From Synechocystis sp. PCC 6803 substr. PCC-P (lineage in GTDB: Bacteria > Cyanobacteriota > Cyanobacteriia > Cyanobacteriales > Microcystaceae): a DNA stretch of 32,000 nt. The translations under genes were made by a program, and so were the position numbers. Under the pieces are notes generated by a model that searched no databases, was not told the DNA's origin, and saw nothing but the letters and a program-made list of their open reading frames with translations. The stretch spans positions 510,001 to 542,000 of the forward strand of contig NC_017039.1 in NCBI RefSeq assembly GCF_000284455.1, read 5' to 3'. Of the stretch, positions 17,401 through 27,576 are shown one piece after another. The stretch's first letter is position 1; each line of letters begins with the position of its first letter.

Positions 17401-19697
17401 CCATTGGGGCAATCAGTTCGGGAGATGACAATACTGTACCAATCGGTACACCACCAATTTTTGATACTTTTACCCTGGACAATATAACCATAACCACTGA
17501 ACCCGAGCCGGAACCTGAACCCGAGCCGGAACCTGAGCCGGAACCTGAACCCGAGCCGGAACCTGAGCCGGAACCTGAACCCGAGCCGGAACCTGAACCC
17601 GAGCCGGAACCTGAACCCGAGCCGGAACCTGAACCCGAGCCGGAACCTGAACCCGAGCCGGAACCTGAACCCGAGCCGGAACCTGAACCTGAGCCTGAAC
17701 CTGAGCCGGAACCTGAGCCGGAACCTGAACCCGAGCCGGAACCTGAGCCGGAACCTGAACCCGAGCCGGAACCTGAGCCGGAACCTGAACCCGAGCCGGA
17801 ACCTGAGCCGGAACCTGAACCCGAGCCGGAACCTGAACCCGAGCCGGAACCTGAACCCGAGCCGGAACCTGAGCCGGAACCTGAACCCGAGCCGGAACCT
17901 GAGCCGGAACCTGAACCCGAGCCGGAACCTGAGCCGGAACCTGAACCCGAGCCGGAACCTGAACCCGAGCCGGAACCTGAGCCGGAACCTGAACCCGAGC
18001 CGGAACCTGAGCCGGAACCTGAACCCGAGCCGGAACCTGAACCCGAGCCGGAACCTGAGCCGGAACCTGAACCCGAGCCGGAACCTGAGCCGGAACCTGA
18101 ACCCGAGCCGGAACCTGAGCCTGAGCTTCCAACTCCTTCCATACCCGTCGAACCTCCAACTTCTCCAGATGTTGAGGAAATTGATGATGAGAGGCAAATA
18201 TCGTTTGATATTGAGCGTTCTACTGTTACCAATACCCCCAGCTTGGAAATTCAGAGCCAAGACACAGTTCCCGGCATTAATACTTTCAGCGCCAATGTTG
18301 GGGTTAACATCCCCACTAATCAGGTTGTTTTGCAACAGCAACTAAATGAAAACGTAGAGGAAAGTATTTCTGCACAATTCACTAGTCACCTCAATTTAAA
18401 TATTGATATTGAATTGGTTAATCCCGTTGATGTTTTGCAGGAATTAAATCTCAACACTGGGGTAAATTCTGCCTTGGTTTATATCTATTTCTATCCTCCA
18501 GGAACTGCAGGAGAAAATCTTCCTGAATGGCAACTTTCCTCTGATAGTGAGCCGGCTATTCCCCCTGTGGGCTCCTATGCTAAGGTCAGTCATTGGCAGA
18601 TGGCATCCACTGAGCAACTGATTATTCCTCCTAATAATGATCCGCGGCCGGACGATCAATTGGTAATTGTGGTAGTTACGGCAGACGGTATTGCTAGTCC
18701 CATTCCCCTTAACGTTAGCCGCAGGGAAGTAATCCGCCAGGTGGAAATGTTAAACCGAAATCTAACGGCGGCAAATCGAGGCGATAATTACCAAGGCCAG
18801 GCATCCCAGTTATATGACTGGTTTATCAAGCCAATTAAACTGATTTTGGAGAATAAGAAAATTGAGAATATTAGCTTTATTCTCGACCGGGGTTTGCGTT
18901 CTCTGCCCATGGCCACCATGTACGATCGCCAGTCTGGGCAATACTTGATTGAGGACTATAGCGTGGGGCTGATGCCCAGTTTGAGTTTGACGAACCGGGA
19001 TTATGCGCCCCTAACTGGGGCCCAGATATTGGCCATGGGAGCGGAAGAGTTTGCTAACCAAAATCCCTTGCCAGCGGCGGCGGTGGAGGTAGACACCATT
19101 ACCAATCAACTCTGGCGGGGTAGTGCTTTCCTCAATGACCGGTTCACGGTGGATAACTTTGTCCAGTCCTTGGCAACTAAGGAGTATCGTCTAGTACATT
19201 TAGCTACCCATGGTGAATTTTTACCGGGTAATCGCAATAATTCCTTTGTGGTTTTCAGCGATCGCTCTTTGGATTTAGACGAATTTGCTAACGTGGGCTT
19301 GGATAAACCCATTGATTTGATGGTGCTGTCGGCCTGTCGCACTGCGGTGGGGGACTTTGACGCTGAATTAGGCTTTGCTGGCCTGGCGGTGAAAACTGGA
19401 GTCAAAACGGCGATCGGGAGTTTGTGGTATGTCAGCGATGAAGCTACCTTTGCTCTGATGACTAGTTTTTATGATCGACTTCAGCCAGCACCCATCAAGG
19501 CCAAGGCCCTACAGCAGGCCCAACTAAGTCTGCTCAGAGGAGAAATTCGGGTTGTGGACGGTAATCTAGTCCTTGGGGATGGCACAAATATTTCCTTGGC
19601 GGATTTACCGGCTGATATTCGACAACGCTTAGCAACCCAAGATTTAAGTCATCCCTATTTTTGGAGTGGCTTCACCCTAGTGGGCAGCCCTTGGTAA
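14448..19697 (+). CDS. Giant exported protein: signal peptide, TPS (filamentous haemagglutinin N-terminal) domain, parallel beta-helix repeats, (EP)104 spacer, and a C-terminal CHAT (caspase-like) protease domain
   Basis: 1749 aa.
- The hydrophobic leader ends ...SFSGNVLAQ.
- The TPS region (about aa 38-165) has [15 protein letters not shown] and [12 protein letters not shown] (N128-M132, nt 14829-14843).
- Gly/Asn/Thr-rich ~20-aa beta-helix rungs follow (for example [32 protein letters not shown], around nt 16550-17330).
- The EP tract covers aa 1018-1225.
- The C-terminal CHAT pattern has VHLATHGEF (His1588, nt 19209-19211) and [12 protein letters not shown] (Cys1630, nt 19335-19337).
- The GTG start at 14448 is uncertain. 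Confidence 0.85.
17499..18122 (+). repeat. 624-bp tandem hexanucleotide repeat encoding 104 uninterrupted Glu-Pro dipeptides
   Basis: The tract is in frame with the giant ORF. It is built from synonymous hexamers (gaaccc, gagccg, gaacct, gagcct). These form two higher-order units: 18 nt (gaacccgagccggaacct) and 12 nt (gagccggaacct). One irregular patch lies around 17680-17720. Confidence 0.97.
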
Positions 19698-19797
19698 CGA
19701 GAAAGTAATTTAATCAAGCCATTGTGCCAATTCAGTTCACTTGTTGACCATAATGGGGCTTTCTTACTATGGCTAGGGTCACTGGAGGGACCAATCC

Positions 19798-20790
19798 GTG
19801 GTCATAATGGAGGCGAAGTCAAATTACCCAAAAACCATGTCCTTTGCTAATGCCGATACTCCCCCCCAAGTCGTTGTGTTGGGGGCCGGAGCCTGGGGCT
19901 CTAGTCTTGCCTACGTGCTGAATAACAATGACATTCCTACCCAAGTTTGGTCTCGCCGATCGCCGCAGAGCCTAGAATCCATGGTGGCTGGAGCGGATGT
20001 AATTGTCTCGGCGGTTTCCATTAAGGGGGTACCATCGGTGGCGGCCCGGTTGGAGGCCATGGACCTCCAGCGGCGGACTATTTTGGTGACGGCCACTAAG
20101 GGTTTAGATCCAGAAACCATGACTACCCCTTCCCAAATTTGGCAAGCTGCCCTTCCTTCCCAGCCGATCGCCGTTTTGTCGGGGCCGAATTTATCGAAGG
20201 AAATTGACCAGGGTTTACCGGCGGCCACGGTGGTGGCCAGTAGCGACCAAGCCGCAGCGGAGGAAATTCAAACCATTTTTGCCGCGGATAACTTCCGGGT
20301 TTACACCAACAATGATCCCTTGGGTACGGAATTGGGTGGCACCCTGAAAAACGTCATGGCGATCGCCGTGGGAGTATGCGAAGGGTTGGGGCTAGGCACC
20401 AATGCTAAATCAGCGTTAATTACCAGAGCTTTACCAGAAATTACCAGGGTGGGGTTACATTTTGGGGCCCAACCGGATACCTTTTGGGGTTTAGCCGGAC
20501 TAGGAGATTTATTGGCCACCTGCTCTAGCATGCTCAGCCGCAATTATCGAGTGGGTTATGGTTTATCCAAAGGTCAGTCCTTAGAAGAAATTTTGGCCAA
20601 CCTGGGGGGCACCGCCGAAGGGGTCAACACCACCGACGTACTAATCAAAATTGCCAATCGAGAAAAAATTGCTGTGCCCATCACCCGGCAGGTTTACCGT
20701 TTGCTCCATGGAAAAATTACCCCTCCCCAGGCAGTGGAAGCATTAATGGAAAGGGAATTGAAAGCGGAATTTGAAGATTTTGATCTTTAA
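19798..20790 (+). CDS. gpsA: NAD(P)H-dependent glycerol-3-phosphate dehydrogenase
   Basis: Rossmann motif VVVLGAGAWGSSLA, plus SGPNLSKEI, LKNVMAIAVG and GEGVNT-type C-terminal motifs. Starts are possible at the GTG at 19798 or at ATGs a few codons downstream. Confidence 0.9.
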   Translation: MVIMEAKSNYPKTMSFANADTPPQVVVLGAGAWGSSLAYVLNNNDIPTQVWSRRSPQSLESMVAGADVIVSAVSIKGVPSVAARLEAMDLQRRTILVTATKGLDPETMTTPSQIWQAALPSQPIAVLSGPNLSKEIDQGLPAATVVASSDQAAAEEIQTIFAADNFRVYTNNDPLGTELGGTLKNVMAIAVGVCEGLGLGTNAKSALITRALPEITRVGLHFGAQPDTFWGLAGLGDLLATCSSMLSRNYRVGYGLSKGQSLEEILANLGGTAEGVNTTDVLIKIANREKIAVPITRQVYRLLHGKITPPQAVEALMERELKAEFEDFDL

Positions 20791-20818
20791 CTCCTTGTCT
20801 ATTGGGCCAGAACAGCCA

Positions 20819-21337
20819 TCATTGTGAGGTTGTTAACCGTAATCCTAGAATCAGCAGATCCCGTTCCTGCCCCCCCAACTCCGCCACCTTGGGCAATAGA
20901 CCCCACTGCTCAAAACCATGGCGTTGAAACAAACGAATACTGGGCTGATTATGGGCAAAAATGTATCCCAGCAAAGTTTTCAGCCCCAACTGGGGGGCTT
21001 TGGCGATCGCCGTTTTGAGTAAATACTGCCCCAAACCCCGATGATGCCAGAGGGGATCGAGGTAAATGCTCAACTCCGCAGTGCGGTGGTAAGCCGGGCG
21101 ACCATAAAACCGCTGAAAACCCAACCAACCAACTATTTGCTTGTGCTCCGTTACCAACACCCAGAGAGGATAGGTATCTGGTCCATGGTCCGCAAACCAC
21201 TGACGACGGCTTTCCACCGTAATCGCATCGGTATCGCCGGTGGCCACATTTTGGGGAATGTTGGCATTGTAGATAGCAACAATAGAATCTAAATCCGTAA
21301 TGGTGGCATCCCGTAGGAAAAGGTCAGATGGGATCAC
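20819..21337 (-). CDS. GNAT N-acetyltransferase, phosphinothricin/methionine-sulfoximine acetyltransferase-like (PAT/YncA type)
   Basis: 172 aa. The N-terminus LRDATITDLDSIVAIYNANI is typical of the PAT subfamily. The acetyl-CoA loop is HHRGLGQYLLKTAI, and the C-terminus has FAHNQPSIRLFQRHGFEQWG. Confidence 0.8.
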   Translation of the reverse strand: MIPSDLFLRDATITDLDSIVAIYNANIPQNVATGDTDAITVESRRQWFADHGPDTYPLWVLVTEHKQIVGWLGFQRFYGRPAYHRTAELSIYLDPLWHHRGLGQYLLKTAIAKAPQLGLKTLLGYIFAHNQPSIRLFQRHGFEQWGLLPKVAELGGQERDLLILGLRLTTSQ

Positions 21338-21450
21338 AGCAATATTTTAGTACTTGCGGGTTGGGTATGGTCACTGATCTAAATGTTAATGGGATTTGCG
21401 ATGGTTTCCGTCATTTCTAGGCGATCGCCAGAATGGAGCCGCAAAAAATG

Positions 21451-21492
21451 GTAGCGAAAAATACATTTTCTAACTACTTGACTCTTTACGAT
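21451..21492 (+). promoter_or_regulatory. NtcA-activated-type promoter of glnA: NtcA box GTAN8TAC plus a -10 box
   Basis: GTAgcgaaaaaTAC lies at 21451-21464. The hexamer tacgat (TAN3T) lies at 21487-21492, exactly 22 nt downstream of the box. That spacing is canonical for class II NtcA promoters. The motif lies 84-97 nt upstream of the glnA ATG. Confidence 0.75.
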
Positions 21493-21547
21493 GGATAGTC
21501 GACGCAGCGCAAAATCGTAATTTATCTGACTGCACTAAGGAGAAAAA

Positions 21548-22969
21548 ATGGCCAGAACCCCCCAGGAAGTCCTCAAGTGGATCCAAGACGAAAACATTAA
21601 GATTATCGACCTCAAATTTATTGACACGCCGGGAATTTGGCAGCACTGCTCCTTCTATTACGACCAACTTGACGAAAACTCCTTCACCGAAGGTATTCCC
21701 TTTGATGGCTCCAGTATCCGGGGGTGGAAAGCCATTAACGAATCTGATATGTGCATGGTGCCCGACCCAAACACCGCCACCATCGATCCTTTCTGCAAAG
21801 AACCCACCTTGTCCATGATTTGCAGCATCAAGGAGCCCCGCACCGGGGAATGGTATAACCGTGACCCCCGCACCATTGCGGCCAAAGCCGCTGAATATCT
21901 CCGCGGCACCGGCATTGCCGACACCGTTTACTTTGGCCCCGAAGCCGAATTTTTCCTCTTCGATGATATTCGCTTTGGCCAAACGGAAAACTCCAGCTAC
22001 TACTTTGCCGACAGTGTCGAAGGGCGTTGGAACACTGGTCGGGAAGAAGAAGGGGGCAACCTCGGCTACAAACCAGGCTACAAACAGGGTTATTTCCCCG
22101 TGGCTCCCACCGACACCGCCCAGGATATCCGCACAGAAATGTTGCTCACCATGGCGGCCTTTGGCGTTCCCATTGAAAAGCATCACCATGAAGTAGCTTC
22201 CGGTGGTCAAAACGAATTGGGCATCAAGTTCGATAAGTTGGTCAATTCCGCTGACAACTTGATGATCTATAAGTATGTGATCAAAAACGTGGCCAAAAAG
22301 TACGGCAAAACCGTTACCTTTATGCCCAAGCCCATCTTCAACGATAATGGTTCCGGTATGCACGTGCACCAATCCCTCTGGAAAGATGGCCAGCCCCTCT
22401 TTGCTGGGGACAAATACGCCGGCTTTAGCCAGATGGGTCTGTGGTATATCGGCGGGATCTTGAAACATGCCCCCGCTTTGTTGGCCTTCACTAACCCCAC
22501 CACCAACTCCTACAAGCGCCTAGTGCCCGGTTTTGAAGCCCCCGTTAACTTGGCCTATTCCCAAGGTAACCGTTCTGCTTCCGTGCGGATTCCCCTCTCC
22601 GGTGGTAACCCCAAGGCCAAACGTCTGGAATTCCGTTGCCCCGACGCCACCTCCAATCCCTATCTGGCCTTTGCCGCCATGCTCTGTGCGGGCATTGACG
22701 GGATTAAAAATCAAATCGATCCCGGCGAACCCTTGGATGTGGATATCTACGACCTCAGCCCGGAAGAATTGGCTAAGATTCCTTCCACCCCCGGCTCCCT
22801 GGAAGCGGCCTTGGAAGCGTTGGAAAAAGACCATGAATTCCTCACCGGCACTGGTGTATTTTCCCCTGACTTTGTGGAAAGTTGGATTGAGTACAAACTG
22901 GACAACGAAGTTAACCCCATGCGTCTGCGCCCCCACCCCTACGAATTCTCCTTGTACTACGACTGCTAA
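21548..22969 (+). CDS. glnA: Glutamine synthetase type I
   Basis: 473 aa. Motifs seen: [45 protein letters not shown] and [20 protein letters not shown]. An AGGAG-like element (taaggagaaaaaATG) precedes the start. Confidence 0.97.
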
Positions 22970-23187
22970 ACCAGTCCATCTCACCCAGTTTTAGCTCCGG
23001 TGGCCCTGGGAAAAATCTGTTTCAATAACCGGCCTAGTTCACCGATTATGGCCCCGACTAAGTTGGTCTAGAAATAACAAAAAATTAAATTAAACGGCGA
23101 TCGCCAAACGGATAATTTTTCTGGGGGGCGATTTTTCTTTTGGAAAGATTTGTTGAGTCTAATCAATGGTCTGAATAGGTATTTATC

Positions 23188-26100
23188 ATGGTTATTAGTG
23201 CCACTGTGATATCGATGAAATCTCCCCTGCGTCGCCTATTACTTTCCCCCGTACTACCAATTCTCATCGGGGCCGGGCTATCGGTAATGACTGTTCATAC
23301 TTGGCTTTTTCTCTACAACCAAGTTCAAGAGCGACTGAAGCAGGTTTTGACCAATCGCCTAACTAACATCCACGAACAAATTGAAAACCAGCTCAATATC
23401 CATGTCCGTCAATTAGAGCAGATGGCCGGACGTTGGGAACGATCGCCGACGGGAACGGAGCAAACAGATTGGCGGTTAGATGCCAGGGCCCAAGCAGAAG
23501 GCTTCGATGGGTATCAGACGATTCAATGGGTAGATCCAAAGTTTGTGGTGCGGTGGGTTGAACCATTGCCCGATGATGAGCACGACATTGACTATGCCAA
23601 CCAATATCCCCACCAAATCCAGTCCCTAGAGCTAGCGGCCCGGCAAAAAAATACCATCCTCAGCGGAGTGGTGGATTTAGACCAAGGAGAGAAGGGATTT
23701 TTGGTCTATGTCCCCCTATTTATTGGCGATAGGTTTGACGGTTTTGTGGTGGGGGTTTTCCAGCTCGATCAGTTCATCGGCTCCGTTCGTCCTCTGTCCG
23801 GCAATAAACCAGACCAGGATAGTGGTCTGCGGAGTTTTGGTCTACGTATTTTTGAAGGCAATCAACTCATTTATAACGATGTCCCTGACGATTGGGAGCA
23901 GGACATTGTGGTGACCCAGGAATTGGCATGGGCTAACTCATTGCCCCAGGCGGAAGCCATGACCAGCCGTTGGCAACTGCAATTGGTGCCGGGCCCCATT
24001 CTGCTAGATCAGTACGGTTCATCGCAATGGATTTTGTTCAGTGGTTTGCTGATGGCTTGGGCCGTGGCGATCGCCGTTTATTATCTGCAAAAAAGTAGTA
24101 AACATAGTGAACAACTGAGTGAATCAATCAAACAACAGCAAAAGGTCGAAGAGTTTTTAAAATCCACTCTCCAGGAATTAGCCGTGCAAAAAACCGCCCT
24201 GGATGAAGCGGCCATTGTGGCCATTACTGATACCGAGGGCGTTATCACCTACGTCAACGATAAATTTGTCGAGGTGTCTGGTTATAGTCGGGAAGAATTA
24301 ATTGGCAACACTCATCGCTTGGTCAGTTCTGGCTACCATTCCCCAGAATTCTTTCAACAATTTTGGCAGACCATTAGGGCAGGAAAAGTCTGGCATGGGC
24401 AAATTAACAATAGAGCCAAAGCCGGTAATACCTATTGGGTTGACAGCACCGTTGTTCCTTTTTTGGATGACAATGGCAATCCCTATCAATACCTAGCCAT
24501 CCGCTTTGAAATTACCTCCAGCAAACAGGCGGAAAAAAGTTTGCGCGAAAGTGAAGCCCGGTTTCGCATGATGGCGGACACCTCCCCGATTATGTTGTGG
24601 GTGGCGGACCAGGACAAAAAAATGACCTTTGTCAATCAGTCTTGGTTGGAATTCCGGGGGGCTACCCTAGCGGAAGAATCGGGCAATGGTTATCTAGAAG
24701 GCATTCACCCCGATGATAAGGGCCATTACTTAGGGGTTTATTCCCAGGCCTTTGGCGATCGCCGACGTTTTGAATTGGAATATCGCTACCGCAGGGTAGA
24801 CCAGCAATACCGTTGGATTGTCAATGTGGGGGTGCCCCGTTACCTCGAAGACGGGAAATTTATGGGCTACGTGGGGTCTTGTCTGGATATTACTGACCGT
24901 AAACAGGCCCAGGACATCCTCCAGAAAAAGCTTAATCAAATCCTGTTAATGCGGAAAATTAGCCAGGAAATCCGCCGGAGCTTACAACCGACCTTAATTT
25001 TCCAAACCGCCGCCCGTCAAGTGGGCAATGTCTTTGCGGTGAGCCGTTGCCTGATCCACAACTACTCGGAAGCCACTACCCTACAGGTGCCCGTGGTGGC
25101 GGAGTATTTAGGGGGACAATTTACTTCCCTGTTAGCCGGAGAAATTGCCGTGGAACAAGCCTATGACCCCACCATCATTCAAGGCGATCGGGCTATGGCT
25201 GTGGTGGACCTAGACCAGGATTTAAACTCCACCCACACCAAAGCATTTTACCAACGGTTTCAGGTCAAATCCTTTTTGGCAGTGCGGACTTCCTATCAAG
25301 GTAAAGCCAACGGCATCATCGCCCTGCACCAGTGTGACCGACAACGGGTTTGGACAGCGGACGAAATTGAGTTACTAGAGGCGATCGCCGAACAAATGGG
25401 CATAGCCCTGGCCCAAGCCGCCCTACTGGAAAAGGAACGGGAACGCCGTCGGGAATTGGCCCAGAAAAATCTGGAATTAGAAAAAGCTACATGGGCCGCC
25501 GAAGCCGCTAACCGTGCCAAAGGTGAATTCCTGGCCATGATGAGCCATGAAATTCGCACTCCCATGAATGGAGTCATTGGCATGACGGAATTGTTGATTA
25601 TGACCGACTTAAATCTACAGCAACTAGATTACGTCCAAACCATTCGCCAGAGTGGAGAAACCCTGCTGACCATCATCAACGATATCCTCGACTTTTCTAA
25701 AATTGAAGCCGATAAACTGGTGTTGGAAACCCAAGCATTTGAACTGAGACCCCTAATTGAAACCGTGCTGGAAATGTTTGGTCCCATTGCCAGGGCTAAA
25801 CATTTGGAATTGACCTATGGCATCGACCCCCAAACCCCGGCCCGCATTTTGGGAGACCAGGTACGATTGCGGCAAATTCTCTCCAATTTGATCGGCAATG
25901 CCCTCAAATTCACCGAAAAGGGGGAAGTAGTGCTGACGGTGAAAGGGGAACCCTTTGATCCCGCTGAGTCTTACCACACTATTTTGAATTTACCCCACCC
26001 CAGCCATCGCATCTGTTTTAATCTGCGGGATACGGGCATTGGCATACCGTTGGATCGGCAAGACCGTCTGTTCAAGTCCTTTAGCCAAGTGGATTCTTCC

Positions 26101-27576
26101 ACCACCCGGAAATATGGTGGCACAGGATTGGGTTTAGTCATTAGCCAACGCCTGACCCAGATGATGGGAGGGGTGCTGACGGTGACCAGTGAACCGGGGG
26201 TAGGTTCCAATTTTCGTTTCTGCATTCTGACCACAGCCCAGGCCCCCGCCCTAGCGGAAGCTGATTCGGTGCAACAGATGAAGGGTAAACAAGTTTTGAT
26301 TGTGGATGATAACGAAACTAACCGGCGGATTCTGCAGGATCAATGCCAGGCCTGGGGGTTGGTGTGCCATTGCTTTACCAGTGGGGAATCAGCCCTAGAT
26401 TGGTTTGCCCGTTGCCCAGACTTGGATGCGGCTATTTTAGATTTACAAATGCCCAATATGGACGGCATTACCCTGGCGCACCATCTACGACAATTTGCTC
26501 AGGGCAAGGATCTGCCCATTATTCTGCTTTCCTCTGGGCTAGTGGCGGGAGCGGATGAGTTGTCTGTATTTCAGACGGTGCTCAATAAACCAGTGCGTCA
26601 GTCCTTAATATTTGACAGTTTAGTTAACATTTTTCAGGGGTCTATAGGTCTGGCTGATTACGCGCCACAGTTTGATCAGTTAGATTTACCGGAGTTTGTC
26701 CCAGACGGGGATGGGCTCCCCACGGAAGATAACGCCACCAGTCTACAACCGGCCCTACAAATTCTCTTGGCAGAGGATAATCTGGTTAATCAAAAGGTAG
26801 CCCACCAGATGCTAAATAATTTGGGTTACCCGGTGGCGATCGCCAACAATGGCCAGGAAGTGATCGATGCCTTGGAGAAAAAATTCTATGACTTGGTCTT
26901 GATGGATATGCAAATGCCGGTGATGGATGGCATAACCGCCTGCCGCCACATCCGTCAAACCTTGCCGCTGGAACGTCAGCCTCGCATTGTGGCCATGACC
27001 GCCAATGCCATGCCGGGCGATCGCCAAGAGTGCTTGGATGCTGGCATGGACGGCTATATTAGTAAGCCTATTTCCATTAACCAACTACGAAAAGTACTAC
27101 AGGATACTTCAGCCCTAATCACTTCCCCCCAAGCTAGGGAAGATATTGTTACTCTAGGGGACAAAATTACGGTTGTGGAAGAACAAACCATGGTCAAACC
27201 CACTGATGTAACCGAGTCTCCCCTTGACCCCACGGCGATCGCCTTTTTACGGGACGACCTCTGTGGCGGCGACCTGACCCTATTCGGGGAAATGGTGGCG
27301 TGTTACTGCCAGGAAAGCCAAAAGCTCATAGAAGAATTAGTACAGGGCTTAGAGGTGGACGATTTTGCCGTGATCAGACGCACCGCCCATTCCCTCAAAT
27401 CCAGCAGTGCTTCCCTGGGAGCCCAACAATTGTCCACTTTTTGTCAACAACTAGAAAAGAACGCTGGATCAGGTAACCTAGGATTAGGGTCTCCCCCTCA
27501 GTTGGTTGACCGCTGTCGACAATTACACATCGCCGTGGTGGAAGCCCTTGCGCCCTTCACCATTCCCTCGCCATGA
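23188..27576 (+). CDS. hik14: Hybrid sensory histidine kinase: extracytoplasmic CHASE-like sensor, TM, 2x PAS, GAF, HisKA/HATPase, 2x REC, HPt
   Basis: 1462 aa.
- Two hydrophobic segments bracket a ~250-aa periplasmic domain.
- PAS segments: [15 protein letters not shown]... and [20 protein letters not shown]...
- GAF region: [11 protein letters not shown]...
- H-box [13 protein letters not shown]-box [13 protein letters not shown]-boxes DTGIGIP and [13 protein letters not shown].
- REC1: LIVDDNETN...[10 protein letters not shown]...NKP.
- REC2: [10 protein letters not shown]...[10 protein letters not shown]...ISKP.
- HPt: [16 protein letters not shown].

The symbol is recalled from Synechocystis nomenclature. 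Confidence 0.88.

Noticed and set aside
17499-18122. Whether the tandem repeat could be a CRISPR array.
   Set aside because: The period is 6/12/18 nt with no unique spacers and no cas genes. The tract lies in frame inside a long coding sequence.
17280-18341. Three long minus-strand ORFs encoding (GS)n, (RF/GF)n and (VPAQ/VPAR)n: 17280-18341, 17348-18232 and 17470-18159.
   Set aside because: They exist only because the hexanucleotide EP repeat has no stop codons in any frame. The plus-strand frame is continuous with well-defined flanking TPS and CHAT domains.
21470-22468. A 332-aa ORF on the minus strand covering the glnA start and its first ~300 codons.
   Set aside because: It is fully antisense to a highly conserved glutamine synthetase gene. 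Its product is Gly/Val/Phe-rich with no recognisable motif, and it has no ribosome-binding site. Long antisense ORFs are a known artefact of codon bias. The same reasoning applies to 22520-22984 (-).
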